Shown piece by piece: positions 1-13,500 of a DNA stretch of 64,000 nucleotides; within the stretch, counting starts at the first letter, position 1, and every line of letters begins with the position of its first letter. The stretch spans positions 43,338,001-43,402,000 of the forward strand of contig NW_024704742.1 in NCBI RefSeq assembly GCF_018977255.1, read 5' to 3'. The position numbers and the translations under genes were made by a program. Origin of the DNA: Callorhinchus milii (Eukaryota). A model generated the notes under the pieces. That model was not told the DNA's origin and searched no databases. It saw only the letters and a list, made by a program, of their open reading frames with translations.

Positions 1-2077
1 AATAACCCTTTTTTATGACCATTCCTATAAAAATTATGATAAATTATTACAGAGCATATTGTGAGGAATTGGTCCATTTATACTTTTCAATAAGTACTAT
101 CATGTGTGGGGATAGTGAAGTGCAAAATAATATTTGGATCTTACTGCATTTTTTTTGTATCACAAGTATAGGGTTTCTTTGCTTGAAAAAAGAAATAGCA
201 CACGGACACTTGTTGTAGAGGACAGCAAATGACATTTTTACACAATTACAATGTCGTGGGACACATGTCAAATTTCACATGATGTGGGAAACAATGTTAA
301 ACCGGTTTTCCTTGCCCTTAAGCACCAAGCAAGCAAGTTGTAAATGCTCTCTGCTGGCTGCCTTTTCCAGTGCAAAGCTATTCGCAGCGACTCGCAGCTG
401 GAACTGGATGAGGATCTCAGCTCAAGTGCTTACACACCTGAATTGTATTTGAGAATCATATCTTTACATCTGAGAGAATTACTGAAAATCCTTCATAAAA
501 ATGTCAAATTGTAAAAAAGAATTATAATAAACCAGTTAGAATGTAATTTATGGCTCCCAGAGTCAGAAACACTAGACTAATGTCAATGTGTGAAAAGTGA
601 AGCTCAGCTCAAGAATTGAGCATTTAGCAAGGTTGTACATCAGTCTTACATATTCCATGCAATGCCTTCAGGGACATTCATTGCTATTCAAAATATAATT
701 TAGATGCAATTTTACTCATTATAATAATTATGACCATAAATTTTTTAATGTAGTTGCTGTATTTCCTTGAATAAGTGCCCAAGTGCTGTGTTAAATGTTG
801 GAATTAATACTTTCCAAAGTTTAATTTATTGTTTGTAACCATGACCAAGAGAATCTAACGGCAGAAACTAAATGAAGCAAGGAAAGAAGAAGTGGCTATT
901 TGTCCTTTCATTTGTCAGCACTGGGAATCGCTGCAACAGTATTAGTAATTAGTTGTAGATTTACACATGCATCTGAGAGGTCTGGCTTTTATACAATATC
1001 AAACAAATCAGGAAATTACAAAATAATTGTTATTTACCAAAAGCACATTATTGGTGGCAGTTAGCTAGTTTATGGCCTTCGTACAACTAAACCACAATAA
1101 TCCCTTTGTTAATTTCTTCTCGATTATGAAGAGACACTGTCCATGAAATGTTCATCTTATTCTTTTATCTCTTTATGCAAGTCTGAGCTCCAAGTATGTG
1201 GGCTATATTTATATTCATTAGTAGAAATTGAGTTACTGATCCTACCTCATTGATTTCAAAAGCCAGGACCCTCAGGATTAATTATCATATACTTATTGAT
1301 GAGCTCATGATAAAAGATGTCTTCTATGAAGGGAGAATAGTCCTTCACATGTTCTTTTTGCGATAGACTTCTGTGTTCCTGCAGTATCAGATAGCCTATT
1401 ACAGAGCACTGCACTACAATATGTAACACTGTGACCTTGTACCTAAGAATTCTGTATTTTGAATTAACTTCTCAGCTGTGTTGCGTCTTTGATCTTCCAG
1501 GTCAGAACCTCAAATCGGCTCATGCTTCCTGATATTTGGTTACATAGTGAGCATTGGGCATGATTCCAAAATTCTTTTTGAGAACAACATGTCTTGGCCA
1601 CAACACTGAGAACAGAAAATGTCAATATCAGCATTATATTTTAACTTGGAATAGCCAACAGATAGCTTTTGGTGGGCTTGAAGGCTCCTCATCACTTATT
1701 CAAAGCAGTTATTCAATGAGGAGTTCTTCCCCATTTGGAAATCAGTTGGCATAAGATGAATGGAAATGATCACGTGGTGGGTTTTTTCCAAGGTCACTGA
1801 CATCATTATGGCACAGATCATAAAATAAGCCACGGTTGAGACTTATTTTAAACCAGTCGTGGATATTTATAAGCACGATCGTCAACATGTGACTTTACAT
1901 GCGTCTTACTCCAATGTGCCACTGACATTGCAAATTCCAAAGGGTTTGGAACTTGACATTTCACTGGCGAGTCATTGGGTTCACAACCTACGTTGCATCT
2001 TTATAATATGGCACAACAATGTTAGAAGTGCGTTGGCATACTGAATATTGCAAGCAACAAAGATTTTCCTGAAAATG

Positions 2078-2170
2078 AACACATGCAATCAATCTGCAAG
2101 CTGCTTCTGACTAAAAATAAGTGAGACCTTTAAATAATCTAGTAATTCACTACTGATTTCTATAGGTCAA
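2078..2170. repeat. Old dispersed repeat fragment, copy 1 (second copy at ~3471-3600)
   Basis: Shared block AACACATGCAATCAATCTGCAAGCT.CTTCTGA followed by CTAAAAATAA..G.GAC and GTAATTCAC...CTGATT at both loci. Confidence 0.65.
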
Positions 2171-2907
2171 TGTGCACATTTTAAGCTTTCAATATTCTGC
2201 AATATGATATTTCACTTTCAAAAGAAGTGCCTTCTGCCCGATTCTGGTCAAGGTCTGCTTTGCCAACTGATCTTTATTTCTGAGAGAATCTGATACTATT
2301 TCAGTTCAGCGTATTGTAATTGCAATGAAATGAAACTGCAAAAAACACATTTCTCCCACAAAACACACAGTAAAAATCAAAACACACAGTGAAAAACAAA
2401 TATATCCTATTAAGCACTTTGAGACGTCTTGATAACGTAATAAGGCGCTATATGAAATACAAGGATTATTATTATTATAATCATCGTATCACCCATAGAA
2501 TCAAGATTCTGGATGCCAATTTCAAAAATAATTGTAGATACATTTTATTGCAATAGCATTTTAGCCTAGCAGTTGCTGTACTTACAACGTTTGTCACTAA
2601 TAACCTAACCTAGAACTTAAATTACTCAACAAAAGAAAAGAAGTGAATAAATCAGCAGCCATTTAAACCCACCCAAGTATTTTACAAGACCTTTGAAAGA
2701 ACAAAAGGTTGTTCAAACTTGCTGAAACAAATTTTAAAGTTGTTAATCTATTATATAAATCAGCTTAGTCTCCATGAAAATTATAAGACATAATGCTCGA
2801 AAACTGTAAGAATAAGCAAGAATACCTCTCCAAGCTCCAGGCTAGAGTACCAGAATTTCTGCGTGAGCACAGTCTTTTTCATTCTCAGATAGTGGGTTAA
2901 CCTAAAA

Positions 2908-3328
2908 AGTCCTGTAGCTTAGTGGTTAGAGCACTCGGTTCAAAAGCGAGAAAACCCGGAATTGATTCTGGGGTAGGGGGGAAACGATGGGCAAGTTTCC
3001 TTACTCCACATGCCTCTGTTTATCTAGCAGTAAGTAGAAACCCAGTGGATCATTTTCCAGGGGTAATAATCCCTTCAAAATAAATAAATATTAATAATTT
3101 GGTCACTCAATCCAAGACTGTGTTTGGGACACTGCTGTGCGCAATTGGCTGCCAAGTTTTGCCCACAAAATAATAATAATAATCCTTGCATTTGATATAG
3201 CGCTTTTCACGTCTTCAAACCACTTTGACAAAATATATAGTCAATTCACTTCACAGTATATTCTGTGAAGCGCTTTGAGACATCTCGAAGATATGATAAG
3301 ATATGCAAGGATTATTATTATTTATTAT
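2908..3328 (+). mobile_element. tRNA-derived SINE (tRNA-Ala-like head, L2-type 3' tail), with an inverted tail fragment inserted at ~3171-3230
   Basis: A-box-like TAGCTTAGTGG, family body GGGCAAGTTTCCTTACTCCAC...CAATTGGCTGCC, tail GAAGCGCTTTGAGAC...GCAAGGATTATT; many copies in window. Confidence 0.9.
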
Positions 3329-4194
3329 TAAAAAAAACACATTTGCTGCACTGCAACTTACGTAACACTTCCATCGTTGGATTTCTTAGTTTACTAGCCA
3401 GCTACATTAGAGCTATGTAATGGAATGCTTGATGTTACATGCACACAACCAACCCCAATGTTGTGCAAATAAACACATGCAATCAATCTGCAAGCTTCTT
3501 CTGATTCAAAATTCGGCACCATTGGAAAAGTAACTAAAAATAAATGGGACTTTGTTATTTCAGTAAAAAAGTAATTCACTACTGATTGCTTTAGAGTGAA
3601 ATTACAGCACTTCATAATGCATTCGATGTGACAATTATCACATTGAACGCATTATGAACCACTGCAAGTTGTACCTTGGTATAGATTTCCATAAATTTCC
3701 ATTCAAAAAAAGGAAAAAGGCACAGGTTCCTGTAAAGGTTTGTAACTTTGGTCATTGCTATGTAAGGTATGGGGTTCACCCAGCCTGTGCTGCTTATAAT
3801 AATTCTTGCATTTGATATAACCCCTTATCACGTAAAATGAATTGACTGTATATTTTGTGATTGAAATACAAGGCACTGTTATAGAATCACATCTCATTCA
3901 TTTTAAGTTTGGAGCAGTAGAGAGACCAAGATGATGGAAAAAGAAAAATGATATGGACAAAGAACTCCAGAGGAGAAACTGGCAGTTAGGAACGAGGGAG
4001 GTTTATATTTAGAAAAGGAACTATATGGCTGATTATAGGACCTTGTAAAGGCATTGTCTAGAAGCTACTTCATATGCCTACAAATCCATTCACTGCTTCA
4101 CAGTATTTAACTGTAAAGCACTTAAAAGATGTTTTGACAGGCTAACTCGCTGAAATAAGTTCTTTCTAAAATTCAAAGAATGCAAATAGCCATA

Positions 4195-4520
4195 ATAATA
4201 ATTCTTACATTTCATCTGGCACCTTATCGTGTCATTGAGACATCTCAAAGCGCTTCACAGCAACTACTACAAAGTGTAGTGACTGTATATTTGTAGACAA
4301 ATATGGCAGCCAATTGGTGTGGAACAATGTTCGATGAAGTGAATGACCAATTTTAACTGGGGGGGGGAAGGGGTTTGTCGGCCAAGATACCAGAAGAAAT
4401 TTCCTTCCCTTTTTGAATTGCACCATGGGATCTTCAACATCCACCTAACAAGCAGATTGGGCCTCGGTTTATTGTCTCATCCAAAGGACAGTACTTCTGA
4501 CAATGCAATGCTCCCCCAGC
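4195..4520 (-). mobile_element. Deu-domain-type SINE, degenerate
   Basis: Reverse complement matches the central domain of the 22874 and 33539 copies (GTCCTTTGGATGAGAC...GGTGGATGTTGAAGATCCCATGG) plus the L2-like tail. Confidence 0.7.
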
Positions 4521-4655
4521 ACTAACGAAAGGGCATAGACCTGAAATGTTAACTAATTTTCCTCTCTCCATGGATGTTGCCTAACCTGTTGCGTGTTCTC
4601 TGCAACTTCTGTGTTTATACCAGATTTCCAGTATCTGCAGTACTTTGCCTTTTGA
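4520..4655 (+). mobile_element. Short Penelope-like terminal repeat fragment with degenerate hammerhead core
   Basis: CTAACGA-AAGG..AGACCT-GAAATGTTAAC then CTCTCCATGGATGTTGCC...CAGATTTCCAGTATCTGCAGTA; homologous to copies at 49038 and 58565. Confidence 0.55.
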
Positions 4656-4679
4656 TACTTGCGTTACGTGTGTTGGAAA

Positions 4680-4930
4680 TTTAGAGAATTTGAGAGAGGT
4701 CAGGAATGGAGGTAGGGAGATGCTGGTGGGAGCTGAAGAGGATGGCTTCCATCTTATATAATTTGAGTTGGAAGAAATGTTGGCTCATCCAGGTCTTGAT
4801 GTCTGACAGGCAAGTGGACAGAACACCAGTGGACCTGGAACTAAAAGTAAAGAGAAAAAGTAGATTTGGGTGTCACCTACATACATGTGAAAGTTAACCC
4901 ATGTTTCCAGATGACATTGCCAGGCTACAT
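4680..4930 (-). mobile_element. L2/CR1-clade LINE reverse transcriptase fragment
   Basis: Minus-strand translation VNFHMYVGDTQIY (degenerate YADDTQLY) and, in another frame, CLSDIKTWMSQHFFQL. Confidence 0.8.
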
Positions 4931-5711
4931 TGCATGTAGCCATTTGACTGTTACTGGTGAGCTTGCTTGAGGTTCTGCCACCAAACAAAATAATCATTTG
5001 GCTAAACTGGTGGATATTCATGGATCTATCTATAATACAAAGCCCAAACTCTGCAAACATCAGCTGAATGACACCATTTCTTCCATAGAAGAATCAATTG
5101 TTTTTGTAAATTCACAAGTCAGAATGAAAGTCAGTACTAATCTTAGACACACCAAGTCTAATATTACTGACCTATCTAAATGGCAAATAATATAGGCTGG
5201 ATCAGTATACCACACATGAGACTGGCTGACTGTGAGCAAATAAGAGATCATTGTCAGTTTCAAATTGATCTGCACAAGATCACATTAATTGTAGCTTCAA
5301 ATGATCTCATGAAAGAGCAACTTTGTTACAAATTAAGATTTTTTTGTGCCACAAATAGTATGTAAAGACGTCTCCCCATTTTTTATTCCCTGCAATAATT
5401 GTAAAAATCTTTAATAATTTACAACAAAATTCAATTTCAGGGAACATGGGCCCCTTCTGTTGAGTAAGACTGTGCTCAGCAATTTGATAAAAAATTAAAG
5501 TGGAAACAGCAGAGGTCAGAGCATAAGTACCGAAACCACAATTCCGAAATTGACTTGCACCGCAAGCAACTTTATACATTTATAATTAGCAGTTCTGTAA
5601 AGAACAATTGTAATAGACAAACATTTTACCTTCTACATATGTATCAGAGAAAAAAATTATTTGTGTTGCCTATATTCATTTCAAAAGTTTGTTTTATTAG
5701 TTACTTTTATT

Positions 5712-6010
5712 ATTAATAATAATCATTGCATTTGATGTAGTGCCTTTCACATCAGGAGGGTGTCTCAAAGCAATTCACAATATTCACTATAGTTTGGTGA
5801 CTGTATTTTGTAGATGAATGCGGCAGCCAATTTGTGCACAGCGATGTCCCAAAAGCATCCATGAAATGAATGACCAATTGTTTTTTATCTGGAAAATTGT
5901 GGGTCAGGACACCAGGAGAAACTCTCTTCTCTTTTTTGGATAGTGCATTGGGATCTTTAACATCTACGTGAACAGGCATCTTGGTTTCATGATTCATCCA
6001 AAGGATGGAA
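5712..6010 (-). mobile_element. Deu-domain-type SINE fragment
   Basis: Reverse complement contains CCTGTTCACGTAGATGTTAAAGATCCCAATGCACTA...GTTTCTCCTGGTGTCCTG and the family tail. Confidence 0.7.
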
Positions 6011-7512
6011 CAATTTCAGGGATGGATTATATTTGCTGTTTAAATGTTTGGCTTAAATAAATGTTCCAAATCAAAAGAAAACTAACTATTAGATTGTTTC
6101 TGATCCTGCATTATTTCCCCCTAACTGACAACACATTTTCCATCTGTGCAAGTGCATTTGCTGATCATTTCCATTTTGTTCCAGCTGTCTCACTGTGCTC
6201 TCTTTATCTGAAGTAATCAATATTAATAATATGCAGCTATTCGTGTTTATGAGCCTTATAGGGCAGAATGGTCAATATTTACACTTATTAAATTGAAGGG
6301 GTTTGTGATGGGAAGTGAAACATTTCCCCTAATTTCAGCCAATGTTCGCATTGATCGGTGGAAATATAGTATCGTAGATTCATGGTAATGTATCCTTTAC
6401 AGTGTTCCAACAATCTGCTTTATCCTCAACCTCAGCCAAGAATCCCCTATTGTACCAGTTTGATCATTCTTACTTCCCACACTAACCAATCCATAAAGCC
6501 ATTGAATGCAACTGCCAATTCAGTGACAAATACTATTGAATTAGGTCTAGTTTTATATGGACTTGAGCCCATTTGCTACTCGGTCAAAATGTCCAAAACA
6601 ACTTTCACGTAGAACCTCTATAGCTGACAGAAGACAAAGGATTCCTAACAACATGGACTTGATATGAACCAATATCCAAGTGGTGGCTTGCCCAACTGAT
6701 GATACTTTAACTCTCACTGTGTTATATAAATATATTACACACAATATAAGTTAGTCTACAAACCATTTTTAAACATCCCTGTCAATATTTTAATACCATT
6801 CTTTGTCTGTGGCATTGATCTCTCTTGCTTTCACATGCACTTGGTGCTGATGCTAATAATCATGGGATAATTTCGTTTTAATAAACATCATGGATTAAAT
6901 AAAAATTTAGTGCCAATAATTGATGCTTTACAATACTCTAAATCTGAGTGCTGGCTGTAAGCCTCTGTTATTTAGTCTATTTATTTTGGCAGTAGATAAA
7001 CAAAACACACTAACTATTATGAAATATATCCTGCCATGTTGACAATAATTCCATTTTTAAATTGACACCTTCGTTTTCTTACATTTCTGTTTACACCCAT
7101 TACTGGGATGAGCAGTGCTGCATGATGGAATAATTCAATATCATTCCTAAGTAGTCAAAGGACAGCCTGAGTGTATGCAGTGGGAACCCATATTGTTCAA
7201 TAATGCCAACCTCTGGAAGGAAAGTATGTAGTACAAAATGTGACTAAATGTATTACCTTAATAGATTTCTCACACTCACACCAGTATCGAATCTTGCCTG
7301 AAGATGTTAAACATACTGTCTTATCCTTGATGCTTAAATTGGTAGGATTGTTTTTCTTTAATCCCCCTTCCCCCTCGTACTAACAAATCCAACTTATTAA
7401 GTAGGAAGATGCTCATTGATTTTTCCCCAGTGTTTTATTCAGCTGACCCCTGGGGTACGACGGTCCCCCCTGGAAGATTTCTCTTCTCTCGGTGGATGCC
7501 TCGGTAACATAA

Positions 7513-7820
7513 GGAGTCCTATAGCTCAGTGGTTAGAGCACTCGCCTTGCAGGTGAGAGACCTGGATTCGATTCCCAGCAGGGTGAAACCTTGGGCAAGT
7601 TTCTTTACTCCACACGCCTAATAATAATCCCTTAGAAAAAAACAATAATAATTGATCACTTCAATCCACGACTGTTTGTGGGACATTGCTGTGTGCAATT
7701 AGCTGCCACGTTTTGCCCACAAAATATACAGTCAATTCAGTTTACAGCATATTCTGTGAAGCCCTTTGAGACGTCTCAAAGATGTGAAACTGCTATATCA
7801 AATGCAAGGATTATTATTAT
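7513..7820 (+). mobile_element. tRNA-derived SINE (short variant lacking internal segment)
   Basis: GAGTCCTATAGCTCAGTGGTTAGAGCACTCGCCTTGCA...GATTCGATTCCC (Pol III A/B boxes), family body and (ATT)n tail. Confidence 0.9.
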
Positions 7821-10109
7821 ATGTGTATGAGGAGTAATACTGCCTCCATTTGGAACCACCTCAACATGATCCATTGGAGAGCAGAAATTCAACATGTGAA
7901 AGATTTTGGGTGCCTGTGCACCACACTGGGTTGCCACCTGTTGGTGGTCCAACACATTGCAACCCCACTCTGCCTTCATTATTTTAATCAACCAGCACTG
8001 TCTGCTATAAATCCAATTCTTAACGAACTCAAGGTAAAATTCAATGTAAATCTTATGCTATTAATCCACTGACCTTCGATTCATTTTTTTTGTGCTTTGG
8101 CAGAAGAATTGGTGTCAAAGGTAACCTAATAAGCCTGGTCAGTTTGAGAATTAATTAACACTGTCAAATATATATCTAAGAAGAAGAATGAAACTTTTTA
8201 GGGTTAGAATCCAGGAGAATTACTTGAACTTATTGCTGTAAAGTACATTTCAGATAAGTCATTGCTAAACAGCAGTGGCTAACATCTAACCAGCTGCAGC
8301 ATCTTCCAATGTTCCTACTGTTGACAGACTTGCTCTTGCCTCTGATTAGGTGTCTCTACCTCTAGTCAGTCCTTCAATCAGAGGGCTGCACAGAAACAAA
8401 GTGTTTTATCTTGGGATCTGGGGGTGAAGGGATAAATCAAGACAAGCTGACAAAACTAGTTCCATCTCAGGTTTTTAAAAGCCAATGCTATAGAATGACG
8501 GTATATGTTATTTTTCTTATTATGAGCCCAATTTAGCTTTCTAACCAAAGCAAATGTTCTGTTAAGTAGAAGTAATCATACATAGACAATTACCCCAGGG
8601 CCTATTTAATATCTTTGCTGCATTATGCTAAATTTAAGACATAGACAAATCAACTCATTTAAATGTCATAATCTTTTTTGAGACTGATACCTGCTATTGC
8701 CCATAACCAAAAATCAAAGTTAGAAGGAAACATTGCTTATCCTCCCAAATTCTGAACACTTGTCTTAGGGCTGCTAAACAAATTTCTAATTCATCTTTTG
8801 TCAGTAATAAAATTGTCTTCTTCATGGTCCAGTAATTTGATTCCAGGCATGAAACTCTTGAGATTTAAAGTGAATTAACATTCACTATTTGTAGCGAGTG
8901 CAGACAAAGAGAAACAAGCATTGTGCCAAATACAAACTGAAATGTAAGTAAACAAAGAGATGAGATTAATTTGTTAATTGAAACACTGAGCTATGTAACA
9001 CCGAAATATTAATCAGCAACATACAAGAAAATGGCTGGCACATCCAAACTATTTAATTTCAAAATCTCTGATAGAGCCAAGGATCTGTTCCAATGTTTTC
9101 TGTGCAACTTATTTTTATGTTTCAAAAGAAAACATCTTTGTTTGATAATCCATCAACAGATTGTATTCCCATCAAGACTGCTTGCATGCACTTAAAAAAT
9201 CAACAATTGTTATCATATGTTGCATATATGTTATTTATAGTTTAGTGTTATGCTTTCAAAATAATATACAGCAGCACCAGCAACATTGGCCAAACAAGCA
9301 TCAAAATGTAGCAATAGAGCAGGGTGGAGATATTGGAGTTCATTTTGCCAAAGTTGCAATTAATATATTGAATCTCTATTAATTTGGGGGGGTTTGAAAA
9401 TATCTAACTGCAAATTCTGAAAAACTGGCAGAATCCGAAAATAAAGTCATAAAACAGCCTTGATATTTGCAAACTGGAAGTCAGGTAGGGCATCAATTTG
9501 GTTTGTACATGTCTGAGATTAGATTCACAATATAACAAGATCATATGATTGGTTTGGATGAAGGAGGCCCTTAAGCCCCTCTGATCTCATCCCTCCAGAA
9601 CATCCACCCCACCATCTTCCCATCAAAGCAAAAGCTGTTTTTTTTAATGAGTCCAGTGTCCTGACCTCAACCACCCCTGCTGGCAACCTGTTCCACTCAT
9701 TAAAATAAAATTTAATGCTGCCTAAAAGTATTGTTCCAGGTTTACTTTTTTCAATTACATTTAAAACACTTATATATAAGACAATGATGAGTTTATTCTT
9801 ATATCATACATCAATAGGAATTTAGCAGTACCATTATTATGCGTTTGATTTTAATCACTAAATATGTGAACAGAAAAAAAAGAGAATGCTTTAGATTCAA
9901 TGTAAAATTTGAAATGCAACTCCATCTCTTCTTGGATTGCTGCCAAGATGTGATATATAACTGAGATCTACAAGATCTAGAACTAACTGGCTAATAATTG
10001 GATAGCAACCTTTCAGTCAGAGGCCATGGGCGAACACAGCAGCCAATTTGTGCAAGGCAATGTCCTACAAACAGTCACAAAGTGAAAGAGCATTAGTACA
10101 CACAGTTTT

Positions 10110-10892
10110 ACTCCTCACCTCAGGAGCTGATAGCATCACCATCCATGGTTGCACACTCCACCTTGTTAAGCCAGTCCAGAACCTTGGCGTCTTGTTTGAC
10201 TCTCAACTATCCTTTCTACCCCACATCTGCGCCATGACCCGCTCTGCCTTCCCCCACCTCCACAACATCGCCCGGCTCCACCATTGTCTCACACCGCAGG
10301 CCACCAAAACCCTCATACAAGTTTTCATTACATCGAGGCTTGACTATGCAAACTCCCTGCTTGTCGGCCTCCCCAACTCCTCCCTCCATAGGCTGTAGAT
10401 CATCTAGAACTCTGCAGTCCACGACCTATCATCCCCATCCTCGCCCGACTCCACTAGCTTCCCATCACACAGAGGATACAACTCAAGATTCTGGTCCTCA
10501 CAATCAAAGCCCTCCATGGTCTTGCTCCCCCCTACCTCTGCGACCTCCGAACCCCCTATAATACTGCTCCCTCCATCCGCTCAACGGGCTCTGGCCTGCT
10601 TCACGTTCCCCCACCTCGCTTGTTCCACTATTGGCGGGCAGGCCTTCTGCCACTCTGCCCCCACCCTCTGGAACTCAATCCCGCAGCCCCTCCGCCTCGC
10701 CCCCTTCCTTGCCTCCTTCAAGACCCATCTCAAGGCCCTCCTCTTCGATCATACTTTCGACCCCTGCTTCCCCCCCCTGCCCTCCACCCTCCCCAAACCC
10801 CAACTCGGATCCGAAACTCTGTCTGTCCAGCGGCTTGGGACATCCTCCCGATGTGAAAGGCGCTTTACAAATGTAATTTTATTGTTGTTTTA
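10110..10892 (+). mobile_element. 5'-truncated L2 LINE (ORF2 C-terminus plus 3' UTR)
   Basis: Translation VQNLGVLFDSQLSFLPHI...LHNIARL...ITSRLDYANSLLVGLP and GGQAFCHSAPTLWNSIP, typical of L2 ORF2; (TTG)n-like tail. Confidence 0.92.
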
Positions 10893-11354
10893 ACAGAAAA
10901 ATTATTGGAAATTGTACCCAAATTCCTCAGAATCACAGAAACTGTTCTATGAGAACCACAATGTCATATGTGAATAGATCATGATTTCTATATATAGTTG
11001 GCCCCACACACAACAGAATGTTTGCTATTAATTATGTATGTAATTTTCATTTTCCTATACTTAATTGGAAAAATCTCATCTGTAAATCTGAAAAAGACGA
11101 CACTGTTATTAATTGGTACTAATTGTACAATCAACAAGAACCCATAAGAATGGTTACATAAAATTGAAATCTCCCAATAGTACAATTGAATTGAGGTCAG
11201 GTAAGGGTGGTGATGGGAAGAATGCAACATTACCATGCACCCACACTCCATTGCATATCATCTGAGCTATGCAATACTATCACAAGACACATAAGGAGAA
11301 AATGTCTAGTTCTGTCATTCTTCACCTTGATAAACATACTATTGCCCCATACAC

Positions 11355-11892
11355 ATCAACAACAACAAAATTACATTTATAGAACGCTTTTCAGGTCGGG
11401 AGGACGTCCCAATGCGCTGGACAGTCAGGAATCAGGACCCAAGCATGGGGAAGGAGTGGGGTAGGGGTGAGGGAAGGCAGAGAGGTAGGAGGACGACCGA
11501 AGGCACGATCGAAGAGGAGGGACTTGAGACCGGCTTTGAAGGAGGCAAGGGAGGAGGCGAGGTGAAGGAACTGTGGGATGGAGTTCCAGAGTGTGGGGGC
11601 AGAGAGGCTGAAAGCCCGGCCACCGATGGTAGGGCGGGTCGGGCGGGAGACATGCAGCAGGCCAGAGCCCGCTGAACGGAGGGAGCAGGCAGCTTGGTAG
11701 GGAGTCAGCAGGTCAGAGAGGTAGGAGGGGGTGAGGCCATGGATGGCCTTGAAAGTGAGGATGAGGATCTTGAATTCGATCCTCTGAGGGATGGGGAGCC
11801 AGTGGAATTGGGCGAGGTTGGGAGTGATGGGGTCACGGAGCCTGGTGCACGAGAGTACACAGGCCATAGTTTTGGATGATCTGCAGCTTGCG
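11355..11892 (-). mobile_element. 5'-truncated L2 LINE
   Basis: ORF 11391-12017 includes DPITPNLAQFHWLPIPQRIEFKILILTFKAIHGLTPSYL...GGRAFSLSAPTLWNSIP; (CAA)n at left is the reverse of the tail. Confidence 0.93.
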
Positions 11893-13134
11893 AAGGGAAG
11901 AGTATCTCTCACCCACACTAATACACTTCTACAAATGAATAGGTAGAGCAAATTCTTTTCAAAATGTTGAGTTATTGAAAAGTTTAATGTAAGGTATACC
12001 AAGTTCTGACAAACCATTGATTATGCTTCTCAAACTATTCTATTAAAACATGGCTCACATAGATCTCTTAAAACATAAACTAGAGACACAGAGAAAATGT
12101 GCAATGTGAGTTTTAGAAATATGTTCTTTTTTTTAGAAATTCCACTAGTTACAAACCTTTATTGTATGAATGGTGTTAATATTGGACTTTATTCCCCCAA
12201 AATTATATCTACATTTCTATAAGTTTAGCCTAGTACAAATTAATCATTATTTTGGTTGGCAATTTGGTTTTAGATTTTTAAAAAATAGACAAAGTGTTTC
12301 ATATAACAAAGAAAACTATGATAAATTACAACATCCGACAAATGTGATTTGATAAGAATGAATCAAGAATCTCTTTGAATTTGATAAGAGTTGATTTGTT
12401 TGCCTTTTTATTTCCTATAATTTGCTTATTAATTTCTGAATGCCTGAAGTAAAGATGTGTGTTTGTTCTTATCATTTTATGGTCCTTGTTCAATTCAAGA
12501 CCAAGGGATCTGTATCTGTGTAAAATGAATTATTCTATTTGAAATGATTAAGATTGAATTAATTATAATTAAAAGGAATGTCAGAAATCAGACAATGGAA
12601 GATCATTCCAATTACATCTAAAAGTCTGATACCTTTTGGGACAATCTCAAATGCATTATTGTTGGAGGTGACTGTAGAACCTTGTATCAACTGGAAAAGC
12701 AACTTACACAATTACTTATATAAAAAGGTTTTACAAAAGCTCGAAGGGCTGCTGGGAAAAAGGCAAACATATTGGAAGATAACATTACTGAGGATGCCGT
12801 GCAGTTTTACACGTTAGCTACTTATTTCTGCAGCCTGAATCCTCCTTGTGTTAACAAAAGCAAACTTCTTTTTACCCATTATAAGGTTTTTGTTTATTCT
12901 TTCATAACAATGAGTTTCTGAAATTCTTAAATAAATATTAAAGTTGAATTCATAATTAAATTAAACTCCAAGTTCTTGTACTGCCTGTACTGAAGAATCA
13001 GATTTGCTAATCACCCAGAAGAGTTCTTTAGTCTTATAAAATATAACAAATTTACAAAACGCAACAACCAGAAAGATGCACATGATGTTTCAGGATGGGA
13101 GACACCTATTAATATATTGCACAGTAGATTTTGG

Positions 13135-13500
13135 TTAGCTGGGTCTCTGTCACATGCAGAAATCCATCACCATGCTTAAGAGTATCTATATACATTATAT
13201 ATACTATTTATACATGAAATGTCCTTGCTCTTGGAATGAAATGTATTCTCTTCCCATGTTAAGAACTCCCAGATCAACTCCCAAAGAGGAACATATCCTG
13301 TTTACCTAATGTCCGAAAGTATAAGGTTCAGGAATCCAATGCCGGCCCCTCCAGGAATTGCCAACAAGTCAGGCTGGCTGTTCCGTCATCAGTAGTGCTT
13401 TGGAGTACTGTGGACTTGCCTGGCTCAGGAATTGAACTATGGAGATTTACTCTATGAATGGGACTATGGAGAGAATTTACTCGATTCCCACATTCTGTTG
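13135..13500 (+). repeat. Unclassified old interspersed repeat (LTR-like), copy 1 of 4
   Basis: AGCTGGGT.TCTG..ACATG...TCACCATGCTTAAG...TTGGAATGAAATG and AGGCTGGCTG..GTCATCAG shared with 16534, 20981 and 47430 copies. Confidence 0.6.

Noticed and set aside
371-514. Plus-strand acceptor followed by an open frame (CKAIRSDSQLELDEDLSSSAY...)
   Set aside because: No recognisable homology, no partner exons and no convincing donor.
7513-7585. tRNA-Ala(TGC)-like sequences (also at 42220, 30165, 2908)
   Set aside because: They are SINE heads: each continues into the family body and L2-type tail, and the acceptor stems are imperfect.
11391-12017. 208-aa ORF, and Pro/Ser-rich or Gly/Glu-rich ORFs at 10340-10893, 32652-33231 and 40706-41388
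   Set aside because: These are L2 ORF2 fragments and their alternative or antisense frames, not host genes.
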